Assembly (NCBI GenBank): GCA_951406725.2 | Contig: OX597832.1 | Location: 40,858,001-40,922,000 of the forward strand | Origin: Octopus vulgaris | Lineage: Eukaryota | Direction of reading: 5' to 3' | DNA: 64,000 bases | Shown: piece by piece, positions 24,628-37,539 of the stretch | Layout of the letters: each line of letters begins with the position of its first letter | Numbering within the stretch: the first letter of the stretch is position 1 | Made by a program: the position numbers and the translations under genes | The notes under the pieces: generated by a model | Database searches by the model: none | Seen by the model: only the letters and a program-made list of their open reading frames with translations | What the model was told of the DNA's origin: nothing

Positions 24628-24975
24628 GAGTGTATTAAAGATTTATACACAGAGAGAAGACCCTTGACAGGACTTCTTATATGCTAAAAAGGGCAGTTAA
24701 ACCCAAGCCATGAGGAAAAAATGGAATTCTCAAGGTATGCTGCTAATAAGCACTAGAGTGAATAAAAAATTAGTTAATCCTATACTCAAGTTTCGTTATT
24801 AATGACCAGATAAATTAATTTGGTCATTAATAGTGAAACTTGAGTATAGGATTAACTAATTTTTTATTCACACGAGTGCCTAGTAGCAACGTGCCTTAAG
24901 AATTCCTTTTTAGCATGTAAGAAACCCTGTCAAGGATCTTCTCTTCTTGTATAAACCTTCATACACCCTCGTATA
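24628..24975. mobile_element. Long fold-back element (Penelope-LTR-like)
   Basis: Arms ~24628-24808/24821-24975; the inner ~65 bp are nearly perfect; GAAACTTGAGTA hammerhead 3' half on both arms. Confidence 0.75.
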
Positions 24976-25059
24976 TAAAATATTTTAAGTGTTATAACTT
25001 ATTACGCATGAGAACCACTGGTAATAAATTATTTTCATTTTTTACCTTCATACTTATAC

Positions 25060-25450
25060 ACTATATTTATATGTATATATTTAAATATCTATGTATATAT
25101 ATATATGTGTGTGTGTGTGTGTATATATGTGTATATGTATATGATATATATGTATTTATATATATATATATATATGATATGCATGTATTTATATATATGT
25201 GTGTATATATGTGTGTGTGTGTATGTTTGTAAAGAAGAATATATTTTGAATAACACAACAATGCACTATAATACAAACAATAGACTATGAAAAACAATTG
25301 TAGTTTAATCATCCAGAGTCTGACATATTTTGGAATAAAATTCCTCCTTCAGATATTCCTAAGAATTGATGGAGTCGCTGCTGTAATAGGTTTTCCTATA
25401 TATGTATATACATATGTATATATACAATATATATATATATGTATATATAT

Positions 25451-25515
<65 letters not shown>

Positions 25516-25762
25516 ATATATGTATATATATATATATGATGTATATATATGATAGATATATATGTATATATTATAAATATATATCATATATATGTATATA
25601 TTATGAATATGTATGGTATGTGTATATACATATGATATATATGTGTATATATATATATATATATATGAAATATGTATGTATCTATGTATATGTATGTTTA
25701 CATATGTATGTATATATAAATATATATATGTATGTATGTATACATGCACATACATACACACA
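25060..25762. repeat. Complex (TA)/(TG) microsatellite field
   Basis: Direct; similar fields at 26650-27006, 28376-28880 and 29630-29812. Confidence 0.9.
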
Positions 25763-26104
25763 CTATTTTATGTATAGTGCCTTTGGAAATTACTCAAAAT
25801 TCTCTTCTTTATCTTGTCTTTTTTATTCATCTTTCATCTATTTCTTCATCTTTCATCAGTTTTTCCATGTTTTTTCTTCTTGGATTCTTCTTCCTTACTA
25901 TTCTCTTATCTCCGTGTCCTTTTTATCTGCTGATTTTGTCAGCTTCTTAACCATTCTGTACATAAAAATGGACTCTGCCTCAGTATTTGATATATCACCA
26001 GAAATATTTCTTACAAAATTTTCTTATGCAACCACCTGCGTACATATATATATATATATATATGCACATGCATATATGTATATATAAAAAAATACACTCA
26101 TATG

Positions 26105-26520
26105 AGCACAGGCATGGCTGTGTGGTAAGAGGTTTACCTCCCAACCACATGGTTCTGAGTTCAGTTCCATTGCATGACAGCTTGGGCAAGTATCTTCTAC
26201 TATAGCCCTGACCCCAAACAAAACTTTGGGAGTGGATTTGGTTGATTGAAGCTCAAATGAGCCCATTACATATATATGTATATATATATATCTATCTGTG
26301 TGTCTTTATGTTTGTGTTTGTTCCTCACCACACTTGGAAAACTGGTGTTGGTTTGTTTGTGTCCCCATAAGGGAGCAGTTCAACAATAAGAGACTAATTG
26401 AATAAGTAGCAGGCTTCATAAAATAAGTACTGGAGTCAATTTTTTTAAACTAAAAACACTTAAAGGCAGTGCTCCAGTATGGCCACAGTCTAGTGACCGA
26501 AAAAAAATGAAAGATAAAAG
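26105..26520 (+). mobile_element. Diverged family-A SINE
   Basis: Head, core and tail recognisable. Confidence 0.8.
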
Positions 26521-27430
26521 ATATGTGTATGTGTTTATATATATATATCATCATCATCATCATCATCGTTTAACGTCTGCTTTCCATGCTGGCATGGGTT
26601 GGATGGTTTGACCGGGAACTGGCAAGCCAGGAGGCTGCACCAGGATCCAATCTATATGCATATATATGTATGTATGTATGTATATATATATATATGTATT
26701 TATGTATATATTTATATATACATTATGTATTTATATATATATATGTCATGTATATGTACATAGGTCTATATATATATACTATGTATTTATATATATATTA
26801 TGTATATATATATGTATTTATATATATTATGTATTTATATATATTATGTATATATATATATATATGTATTTATATATATTATGTATATATATATATGTAT
26901 ATGTATTTTTATATATTATGTATATATATATACATACATATATATATATATGTATGTATTTTTATATAATTATCTTATGTGTATGTATATGTATTTATAT
27001 ATATATGAGGGGGTATGTAAATATCTCATTAATTATTTTATTATCTGTTTGTTCTTTTTCCTTACTCTGTCCGCTCATTCCCTGCGCCCCCCCCCCCTAT
27101 TTTCTGCCTTCACTATATCTAAATCTTTGGTACTGAACAAAACACAGCAGATGCCTTCATCTTCAACAACTTGGTATTTTTGGGTTTGAATGTTATTTGT
27201 AATTCTTGCATGGTGACCCACCCTCTCTCTCTCTCTCTCCTCCCTCTATCTCCCCCACTCTCTTTTTCTATGTCAACATATATTTCTTACTCTCTCAAAC
27301 AAACATATGCTCCAGCATGGCTTTAGGAATGATGGATGTAAGGAATTACACACACACACACACACACATATATTCTTGCAAACAAGTATATACTCCTACA
27401 TGATCTTAACTCCAATGGCTAAATAACTGA

Positions 27431-27485
<55 letters not shown>

Positions 27486-27578
27486 ACTAATGTAGGATAA
27501 AATTTTTTTCGAGAAAAAAATTTTATCAATGGCCAGCATATCAAAAAATATCTTTAAAGGTTAAATTTATAAATAATT

Positions 27579-27757
27579 TACAAAAATAAGGGCAAAAGAA
27601 AAATTCTAATGCCAAATATGCCAAAAAAAGACAAAAATTGTCAATAACCATTATAATTTATGTGTATAAATTTATAAATTATAATGGTTATTGACAATTT
27701 TTGTCTTTTTTTCGGCATATTTGGCATTAGAATTTTTCTTTTGCCCTTATTTTTGTA
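27579..27757. repeat. Near-perfect ~82-bp-arm inverted repeat
   Basis: tacaaaaataagggcaaaag...ccattataatttat against its reverse complement 27675-27757. Confidence 0.9.
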
Positions 27758-28468
27758 TATATATATGTGGTTGTGTCTGTGTATGTATATATATGTTTAT
27801 ATAAATGTGTCTATATATTTGTATATATGTATATATACATGTATATATTTGTATACATATGTATAAAGTTTAAAATGAGCAGAAAATTGAGTTTTCCCCA
27901 TTTTCTGCTCATTTTAAATTTAATTCCCGATAAACTCATTTATTCTGTTATTACCTGCATCTTCTGTGCATAGTATGCTTGCATACTCATGCCCAGGGTT
28001 AGCATAGGTAATTTGCACCCTCGGTAATCACTCAGGGTAAGCAGTTGGCAGCCTTTATGTAGTAAAACATAAAAAATAAGTGATCAACTTCTGCCTTTAT
28101 AGCATGTAAAGAAAATAGTGTTGCAGAAATATATGCAGCAGGTGTACTACGGCAGTACTATGTATGGCTGAAATACTGAGATAGAAGACTAGAGGTGAAA
28201 TATTCCTAACCAATCTACAAAAATAAAAATTAAGCGTTTTTTCATTTTTTGCATAGAAATCAAACTAACCTTTATCATTTTATTGAATTAGTTGCACACT
28301 TTGACATGTGTGGAAAATGTTGCTGTTGATCTATTTTATTCAATTAGGCACAGCCTACCTTGGTGGCACCTCCCTGATATATATATATATATATATATAG
28401 CTGTGCATATATGTATGTGTGTATATAAATACATATATAAATACATATATATATAAACATATATGTAT

Positions 28469-28499
<31 letters not shown>

Positions 28500-28835
28500 C
28501 ACACACATATATGTATGTATATATATATACACACACACATATATGTATGTATGTATGTTTACATATATTATTGTTTTACTCTTCTGTTCGTTTCAGCCAT
28601 GCGACTATGGTCATGCTGGAGCACCACCATGGTCTTTCTGACTTCCTGACATATGTTTGTATATATCATATATGTATATATACATATATATGTATATGCA
28701 CATATATGTATACACATATATACGTATATATATTGGCACATATATATGTATATATGCAGGATAATGGAGTTGGTGTCTAACCCTGTTTATTCCCATACTA
28801 ATAAATATGTCTTTGTATGTATGTATTTGTGTGTG

Positions 28836-28871
<36 letters not shown>

Positions 28872-29664
28872 TATATATTATATCCTATCTATGTTACAAA
28901 ACCAGAGGGCTCATCCTAATGCAGAAACATATATATATATATATATATATAGGCATGCATGCACATATACACATATTTTCCTTATACAAGGCGCCATATA
29001 TTCGCAAATCAACAAGATACATGAAATAAACGTACAGATTCTTACCTATCTTTGGTCATCTGGTGTCAGTGAAAGGGAGCTTCAGAAATAAATATATTTA
29101 AGGGTTTTCTGTTGTAGAAAGCAAATGCTGCATTGTAATCGGAGAGAATTTACGAAGCTTTAAAGCTGCCAAATTTTCTATTTGTTTCGCTGCTTGATTG
29201 TCATCAATGACTCTCAAGTAAGCTGTTTCCGAGGCTCCGTATTTCTGCTTTCACATTTCAGCATCAAATTTCAAGCCAGAATTTGAAATGAAATTGGGTT
29301 CTTTGATAAATCATTAAGTATTTTACAATATTTTTATTTTGTCCAATTTTCCCCCCGACATCTACGTTAACAAAAGTAGGAGATTAAATCAGAAGCCATT
29401 TATTTATTTGAATATCCTTGTTGTTGATTCACGAATATATCATACTTTGTATTATATATATATGTATATATATGTGTGTATATATATATATGTAAGTATG
29501 AAAAAAATTTACATATAAATATAAATATGTGTGCATACACACTCATATTCCTACATATATATATATACACAATAATACAATATAGATCAATATATATTAA
29601 CAAACACAATAATGTTCCATATTGAACTCCACAGTTCTATATATATATGTATGTGTATATGCAT

Positions 29665-29698
<34 letters not shown>

Positions 29699-30483
29699 AT
29701 ATGTATGTGTGTGTATGTATGTGTGTGTATGTATGTATGTGTGTGTGTATGTATATGTGTGTGTGTATACATATATATATATATATATATATTTGTGTGT
29801 GCGTGTGTGTGTATAATACACAAAAACTCTACCTGATTTTACTTGCAAATCTACCCCTCTCTTTGACCCTTTTTCTTATACCCTATATTCAGGCTGGAAA
29901 CTGCTGACTGACCCCACTCCCCCCCCCACTTGTCATGATCTTTCTCCCCTTTCCTGGTTGCCTTCTATCACAGTGTCCTCAGTCCTTAAATTCATTTGGA
30001 AGTTTTGGGGCTGTTGTCATGGGTCCCTTTCATTTATCATTTTTTATTTTTTACTATTTTAAGATTTTTTTCCCTCCTCAAAGATATTTTTAAAGGAAAA
30101 AAAAAGCAAAACAAAAAATAATAAAGAGAAAACTTTTGTTTTTCTATTTCTTTTCTTTTCTCTCTCTCTCTCTCTCTCTTTTTTCTTTTTTAATTTAAAA
30201 CAGTTTGTTTTTCTTTTAAAATTTCCTGCTAAATTGAAAAGAAAAAGAAAAACAAAAGAAAAAGTCTACTTCTTTCTACTTGATGGTAACAAAGAAAATA
30301 TGAAACAAAATTCACACAAATCCAGACAAAAAAAAACAAAAAAAAAAGAAAGAAAAATCTTTTGACAATGCAACAACAACAAAAACAATGAAACTTTTTA
30401 AGAATTCAAACAACTTATTCCTTTTTCTGTGGACCATTGACATTTTGGTAAACAGAAATGATTCAACTACAAACGTATAAAGA

Positions 30484-30590
30484 AATAAAAAATTTTAAAA
30501 AAATATTTAAAAATGATTGAATGAATAAAAAACAAATATAATTAAATAACAAAAAATGAATTGATTGTAAAATTGTTTGATACTTTTTTT
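30484..30590 (+). promoter_or_regulatory. Candidate distal poly(A) signal cluster
   Basis: AATAAA at 30484 and 30524, ATTAAA at 30541, downstream GU/U-rich tract; near the end of the CpG-poor domain. Confidence 0.3.
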
Positions 30591-30899
30591 CTCAGGTGTA
30601 TAAAATGTGATCTTAACTTGATATATCTCTTCTGGTCTATACAAATAAATTCTTGTTGTTTTGTAAAAGTAGTTCATCTATTTTCTTCTTTTGATTATTA
30701 TTATTATTATTATTATTATTGTTATTGAGTGAGAGAGCAGTGAATGCCATCAAAGTGACACTGAGGTAAAGTATACGAAGCCCAGTATACCCATCATGAC
30801 TACCCGTCTGATAAGGGTACACCAGGCACATGCATCACAACCTTATGTGCACGACATGGTTATCTCATATCAAGATAAACAGCGCATGACCTTGCAGTT

Positions 30900-31078
30900 C
30901 AAGGAAAATAGTGGAACATGCTCGAACGTTCAAGTTCTTTCACAGGAGTTAGAAAAACTGAAGGACCGCTGCAATAAGTGTGGGAATCTGAGAGGGGAAT
31001 ATGTTGAATGAAACCATAATTAAATGATCCTCTTATATTTTCTTTCACCCAAAACCAGGAAGTTTTGAGCACCCCTTA
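30900..31078 (+). mobile_element. Mariner 3' end fragment
   Basis: LEKLKDRCNKCGNLRGEYVE* followed by TIR-like ggaagttttgagcacccct-TA. Confidence 0.75.
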
Positions 31079-31152
31079 TATATATATATAAAAGAAAAAA
31101 AAGAAATTGGGAAGTTAATAATTGTTTATCATTAACAGTAAAATTAATCATC

Positions 31153-31234
31153 CCTTACAGCTGTTTCAATTAATGCTCAGTAAATATTAAGTAGATATTA
31201 AATTTATATAGCCTGAGCATAATATTTTCAGAAG
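31153..31234 (-). ncRNA. Decayed minimal hammerhead motif
   Basis: Minus strand: CTT-CTGAAAA-..ATGCTCAG...CTGAGCAT..-GAAA-CAGCTG-TA-AGG; palindromic stem III. Confidence 0.45.
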
Positions 31235-31411
31235 TGAATGTTTGTGTGTGTGTATGTGTGTATATATATATATAGATCAAACCAGTTTGATTCAAATTCG
31301 TTGGTACTCTTGAGTTTCAAGTGTGATGCTAGTCATCAGCCATTTTGAATTTGAATTGGTTAAGTGCCCTTCTTTTGTTTGTCCACTCACTCATGTGTGT
31401 GTGTATGTATG

Positions 31412-31448
<37 letters not shown>

Positions 31449-33730
31449 ATACATACATATTTAGTGAGTGTGGTGACTAATTTATAGCATAAAGTGTTCA
31501 TGGAAAAGTCTTGTGAGTGAGTTTTTGAGAAGCATGTGTAATGGAATATCAGAATCCAGTTTTTACACAAAGATGTTTTTTATTAACGAGTGCTGACAAG
31601 TAGTAAGAGAGTAGCATGGGTGTTTGTGCAAGAGTCAGGGAAAGCATTATAACTTATGTTTGAAAAATGGATACAGTTAGAAGTCGTTATAAGCTAATAG
31701 GAACAGACCTAGCGTAAACAAAAATATACCATTCATAACACGACCAGAGTAGTGAGCGGATCTCATCTAGAATTTCGAGGAGCGAAGTGGGCATAAATGA
31801 AATAAGCTGAGAGATGCTAAAAATTTAGAGCTAGCGGCACAAAATTGGTGTGAAAAGCAAAGAGCTATTCCTGCTGTTGCTGGTCATTCCGTCTTTCCGC
31901 TAGCTGGTTAAAACGCGTGGTTCACTTTGCGTGCAGAGAACTACCTCTAGTATTCATACGCGCCCAGCCTTGATTGGCTGGAGAATGCCAGAGTACAACT
32001 GTGCAATGATGCCACAACTAATATAGCTTTCCTAGCACACACACACACACAAATACAATCTCTGATCTAACGGTATTTAAAGTAGGTTTCGTCAGACAGA
32101 TACTTTCTGAGGTTTAGAGTCTCCAGCTCTTCCACTTATTCTGGGGATGGAGGAGCTAAAGAACGTCATGTCCTCGTTTGACTGAGCCATTAGAAGAGGT
32201 TCTGGGTTTGATCCCAGAACAAGGTACCTTTGACAAATGTCTTCTGCTATAGCCACAGATTGACTAATAAATTGTGAGTGGAATTCATTCAATGGTAACA
32301 GACCCCACCATAGAATCTTATCCAAGAGCATACCTGTCGCTAGGGTGTCCAATGGATGGCACTGTGCCTCACTATTCAAAGCTGCACCCCCAGATTTACA
32401 GTGATATACTTATTTCGAAACTCCACTTTTACATTATTACAAATTAGTGCCCACCCAGGATATTCTGAAGCACCCCTAGGTACTAAAGTTTGGCCATAGG
32501 CCTGTCCACGAGTTTAACAAACATTTACTTCACTGTGAAAGTAGGGCCTGTAGTTAGACCACAGGGCTAATGAGGATCGAAACCAACAAGATTTGTTGTA
32601 TTTGCAGCTTACTAGGATTGGACTGTCTCCCTTCCATAATGCCGAAAGATAACAACGAAAAGCTACGTAAACAATATTGTAAATTGTACAACCCCTTATC
32701 TCATCATGGTCATTCATCTCTTAAATACAATTATTCTTAGTTAACGCATTAAAAAATATAAAGTTTTTTGTCGGAATTTTCCTTATTTATTGCACCTGTT
32801 TTTTAAATGTTAACGCTTCGAAAGTTTACATCAACTGACCCTTCGAGCTGCTTAAAATTAATACAAATTAACAGAAGAATTTGAAACAAGTAAAAGGGTC
32901 AAAACCGAAAGAATTTGTATACATTAAACGAATCTGAGCTACCAGCGAACACAAAATTTATCTACCATCTTGACCAATGTTTGTATCACTATAATCTGTT
33001 AGTCATTATTGTGTCTGGGACAAAAGATATCTTTTTTTTTTACGTTTTGATCAAACGACATCTAGAGCTAAGATAGAAAACTATCTCAATGACTCAACAA
33101 AAGATACGCAGTGGTTACAATCCGAGAAAAACGGTATCCAGGCGACAGCAGTATCTCTTATCTTGACGACTGAAAACAGAAGGTTTGTGATTAAAACAGT
33201 TACATGATTCAACCAATATGTGTAGTGTATATAGTATGTGTGGTATATATGTTTTTGTGGTGTAGTTTGCACAAAAGATTTTCAATTTTTAGGAATAATT
33301 ATAAAATAAAAATTATCAAAAATATTTTGTTTTATTAGTATGAAAAGTATGGTTGTTTTCCAAACAATTGGTTTAAATATAATGTTTAAATAAAGTACAT
33401 TACAATTTGGTGTATGGACATATAAAGTTTTGATCTTTAAAGAAAAGGTTCAAGTCCTTTTTTTTTTTTTCATTGAGCCAGTCACGCAGAGTCTTTTTAA
33501 AATAAAATTTATATAATCAAGTGGATAATGAATCGAGAAGTTAGCCTCTATTCTACTGCCTATGCTATCTGCTGCAGAGTGAGATGTCATTGGTGTTGTT
33601 GTTTATCTGCCACCACCACCCTGCCCCCACGGTCAACTCAGACCAAGTAGATCTATGATTTTAAAATGTGCGTTCTAGTTAGGACCATTCTCTATTTTAC
33701 TTATTTAACCTTTTAACTTTTACACCAGCT

Positions 33731-33829
33731 AGATCCAGCCCAAATACTGGGATGGATATGTTCAAACAGGTCAGATCCAGCCCAAATACTGGGATGGATA
33801 TGTTCAAACAGGTCAGATCCAGCTCAAAT
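33731..33829 (+). repeat. Perfect 42-bp tandem duplication (2.4 copies) within a piggyBac-like MITE fragment
   Basis: agatccagcccaaatactgggatggatatgttcaaacaggtc x2; resembles the 5' part of the 9961 element. Confidence 0.85.
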
Positions 33830-33916
33830 CCAGCGTGCACATGCGCATTGCGTGTTCATACGTCTCTTTCCGTTCCTACATAAAACTGTTTACAGATCAC
33901 AGCCATCTCACGAACC

Positions 33917-33994
33917 TGAGAGACTTTATTTACACATGTGTACAATAGGATAAAGTGAGAGACTTTATTTACACATGTGTACAATAGGATAAAG
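33917..33994 (+). repeat. Perfect 39-bp tandem duplication
   Basis: tgagagactttatttacacatgtgtacaataggataaag x2. Confidence 0.95.
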
Positions 33995-34877
33995 TATGGG
34001 TGCTAGCAGAGTGTTTTTTTAAAGGACAATTTACTTTGACATTTTATGACGGTAAACTGTTATGTCAACCCTTACTTTTTTGTTTTAAAATGTTTGTGGT
34101 TAATTCGGGAAAAGATAGTATGGAGGAGAATGTTACTGACAGTACAAAGAACACATAGCTAGTAAAAAAGAAAAGCATTAAAAATGAAAGTTCTTCATTT
34201 CATTTGTATCAACACACTGCATCTACGATTTTTATGTTTACAACATAATATTCGAATGGAATTTTTTTTAAAAGTGCTCATTTGCAACCTACGAGAGTAC
34301 GTAATAAAGAAGCAGTCAGTCTTATTCATTCGATGCATAGAAAAGCTTTTATTAACGCGGATAACTGATCAAATACAATGATTAAAGACGCCTTTTATGC
34401 AAGTTGTTATTTGCGCTAAGGCCTTATCTACTTTTAAGACGTATGGAGATAAGGCGGCAACTGTGACAAAACGTTTGGTATATGCAATTGTTGGTTTTAT
34501 AGATTAAAAAAAAATACCGAGTTGGTTGGTATAATGTAAAAGTGCAGGGAGAAGCTGTTAGTGTTGATAACGAAGCAGTAAATCCCCCCACACACAGAAA
34601 AAAGATAAAATAACAGAATAGGGTATCACATCCTCGCAAATTTTTCAGGTAGATGAAACGCTTATTTTGAAAGATTTTAAAGTCGCTGATGGTCAGTTGC
34701 CGTCATCGTTTAAAGGTAAGGCTACAGGAACCTGTAGGTTAAGAGACATACTTGTGTCTCGTACTATAAATCATCCAAAATATACTTCTAATCACATGAA
34801 AAGGAAAGAAAAAAGTTTCGGTTTCTTGAAGGGTGGTTTTCATATCACATTTTGCTGTGCCCGAAGTACAAAAATAT

Positions 34878-35092
34878 TGGTTTCAAATTTTGGCACAAGG
34901 CCAGCGATTTTGGGCGAGGGGGTAAGTCGATTACATTGGCCCCAATGATCAACATGTACTTGGTTTATTGACCCCGAAATGATAAAAGGTAAAGTCGACC
35001 CCGGCAGCATTTGAACACAGAACAAGAAGACAGACGAAATGGCGCCAAGCATTTTGCCCGTTGTGCTAACGATTCTGTAAACTTACCGCCTT
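34878..35092 (-). mobile_element. Family-B SINE, alternative-tail subtype
   Basis: Reverse-complement match; aaaatattg on both flanks. Confidence 0.82.
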
Positions 35093-36064
35093 AAAGTAGA
35101 AAAATATTGAGAGACGAAACTATTCTATTTCATGTGTTACTGGTCATAGAAAATGAACCTTATTATCCATAATCTCCATTATATCACTATCTAAATATTA
35201 GATTAGCGTTTCTGACACTAAATACGCCATATTTGTAACCAATGGTTCAGGGTGTAATTGCAACAGTTAACCTGTGCTATTTTCGACAGAATTAAGAAAA
35301 CATACCAATAAAGAAGGCGGTCCTACACTAAAAGAATTTTGGCAATATTCAGTATTTTGGATGCTGTAAAAATAATTTTTAAAAAGTCTGAAACAAATTA
35401 TGAAAGACAGATAAATTCTACCTGTAACGAGACTGTTTGTCATACCTGGGGCCGATGGTCGTCTCACAAAACGTTACAGTCAGAAAATGGCTCCTGCGCT
35501 GGTGTTCTACGATTGGTCATGTGCTGGTGTAACACATTGACCAAGCCCAATGTTGAAATTGGATACGTTAGTACCCAAACAAGGGGCGCCAAGATATTGT
35601 TTGCTCCTTGGAGTCCTCGATCATCTTCAATTCGGAGTATCTTTCTTCTTTTCGCCAGTGAAGTGGGGAAAAGGCACACGGAGAGGAGAGTTATTCTGCG
35701 GGTAGTTTTGATGCGCTACGTGTGTTTTTGTTCACCATGTACCAGTAACCAGAGAGGATATGAGGGACTGCAAGAAGGGATGTGACGTATTTCTGTTCCT
35801 GTCTGCTCAGCACACATCACCAAGTTCCGACTGATTGAGAAGCAAATATGTATATTTTTCTTCAGGCAGTATCATCATGATGTAACCAACTTGTTGCTGT
35901 ACCAATTCATTTAGGGTTGAATAAAAAATGTAGCAGTTAATTGCAACTCGTTTTCTAGTATTTCTTTCCACTGTTTATACACGACTTACTGGAACTAAGA
36001 AATTGAAATTATACCAGGGCTTGAGACACACTAACCAACCTGGGAGATATATATATATATATAG

Positions 36065-36295
36065 TTTATTTAAAGCAGCAGAAAATTCAACAAAACCTGT
36101 TACTTTGAGTTTCCCGTTGCCGTTCATCGGACAGTTTTTTCTAGCAAAACTGTCCGATGAACGGCAACGGGAAACTCAGAATAACAGGTTTTGTTGAATT
36201 TTCTGCTGCTTTAAATAAAGCATATTACTCTACCACTGGTATTTGAGTACTCTTTTTTCCACCTTGTTTCACATTTATGTGTTTACTCCGGTATA
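36065..36295. mobile_element. Fold-back Penelope-LTR-like element with a hammerhead motif on each arm
   Basis: Arms 36065-36138/36146-36219; CTGT-CCGATGA-A-CG-GCAA-CG-G-GAAA-CTCAGA(G)TA-ACAG. Confidence 0.75.
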
Positions 36296-36411
36296 TATAT
36301 ATTTATATATATAACGGGAAGGTTTACGAAAATAAACAAAAGACGAAGGCAGGTGGAGTACAAACAAACAAATGTATTAATATGGCGCTCAGGAATAGAA
36401 ATAGAACAAGT

Positions 36412-36447
36412 CTTTTACGTTTCGAGTCTACGCTCTTCGACAGAAAG
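36412..36447 (-). ncRNA. Minimal hammerhead-like motif (CUGUCGA core) in a Penelope-like LTR fragment (36312-36508)
   Basis: Minus strand: CTTT-CTGTCGA-A-GAG-cgtaga-CTC-GAA-ACGT-A-AAAG. Confidence 0.55.
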
Positions 36448-37108
36448 GAATACAGAAAAAAAACAAGGAGAGAAAAAATGCGTGTAGGAGCTAACGATCT
36501 ATCATGGCATATATCCCTAATTTACAAACAATTCTGAAGAATTTGAAGAGCCAGTGTTGTTCATTTGAAATGAAACAGGCGTGATTGTCGATATTGCACA
36601 GCCTGTCAGCCAAGATTCATCACATCTGTCAACTATAAGGAAAAAGTAAGTGGATGAAAGCAAAACCGTAGCGGTGCTGCACCTACCTGTGGCCGATCGT
36701 CGTATCACAAAACGTTATAGCCAAAAACACGAATTTTACATCCTGTATGGCAATTCTTTTGACTAAGAAATAAACAACTATAAAGCTGATCTGTAAGAAG
36801 ATAAAGTTGAAATACGATAGATATATAACAGTATTCATTTCCGATAAATTTATGAGTTCATACTTTGTTCTGGTATGCTGTCAAAACATTGTATTTAAGT
36901 GCAAATTTCTTCCTACATACAACTTCAAAATAATCTTCAATAAATGTATGATGTAAAATATACTTGCAAAATAAAGGATTACATCATTTACTTGCGCGTG
37001 ACCTATATGCCGGTTAATACAGAAAGTTTACTAACCAAATACGAGCAGGTATGGAGACTAACTGGCTCATTACAGTTCGGGATGACAGCTGCATTGGCTT
37101 GAGAGTTG

Positions 37109-37539
37109 GGATCTTTTCGGTTTGAACGTCAGTTTTTCTAGCGGTGTCATATGAAATTGTCACTCATAATTATGACCCTAGTATCGATCTATTGCATTTC
37201 AATCTGTTTTAGGACTAGGGTTAGAGTTAGGGTTAGGGGTGGGGGAAGGGCATCTTTTTTTTTCTTCACAAATGTAAATAAACCCAATCTGTTTCTGAAA
37301 CGAGGGACATTTTCATATGGCACAGAATGTTTTCACCTCAATAGACGTCATTGATTGGTTGAAATTGCAGAAATTGAAGAAAAAAACAACAAATATCTTA
37401 CGTAAAACTATAGAATTTTCTCAATAAAGCCAAGAGAAAAAGATGTTTTATAAACACATTCTACCAGCATACGAAGTTTAAAAGTGTTTAGTTACGTGGA
37501 AATTATTTTTAAAAACTGCCGGTCAAATAGAAAAGATCC
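37109..37539. mobile_element. MITE with GG termini and 8-bp TSD (Merlin-like), internal TTAGGG-like repeats
   Basis: TIR GGATCTTTTCGGTTTGAACGTCAGTTTT / AAAACTGCCGGTCAAATAGAAAAGATCC; TSD gAGAGTTG/aAGAGTTG. Confidence 0.8.

Larger units (their letters stand above)
34640..36730 (+). pseudogene. Possible decayed VWA + thrombospondin-type-1 gene relic
   Basis: Frame-broken peptides TKYAIFVTNGS, CHTWGRWSS, FAPWSPRSS, GKGTRRGELFC, EDMRDCKKGC; internal duplication 35443-35485/36684-36726. Confidence 0.28.

Noticed and set aside
29215-29270. GAAACAGCT motif on the minus strand
   Set aside because: No CUGANGA or supporting stems.
35339-35785. 148-aa ORF as a functional gene
   Set aside because: Starts at TTG and domain-like motifs switch frames; treated only as a possible pseudogene relic.
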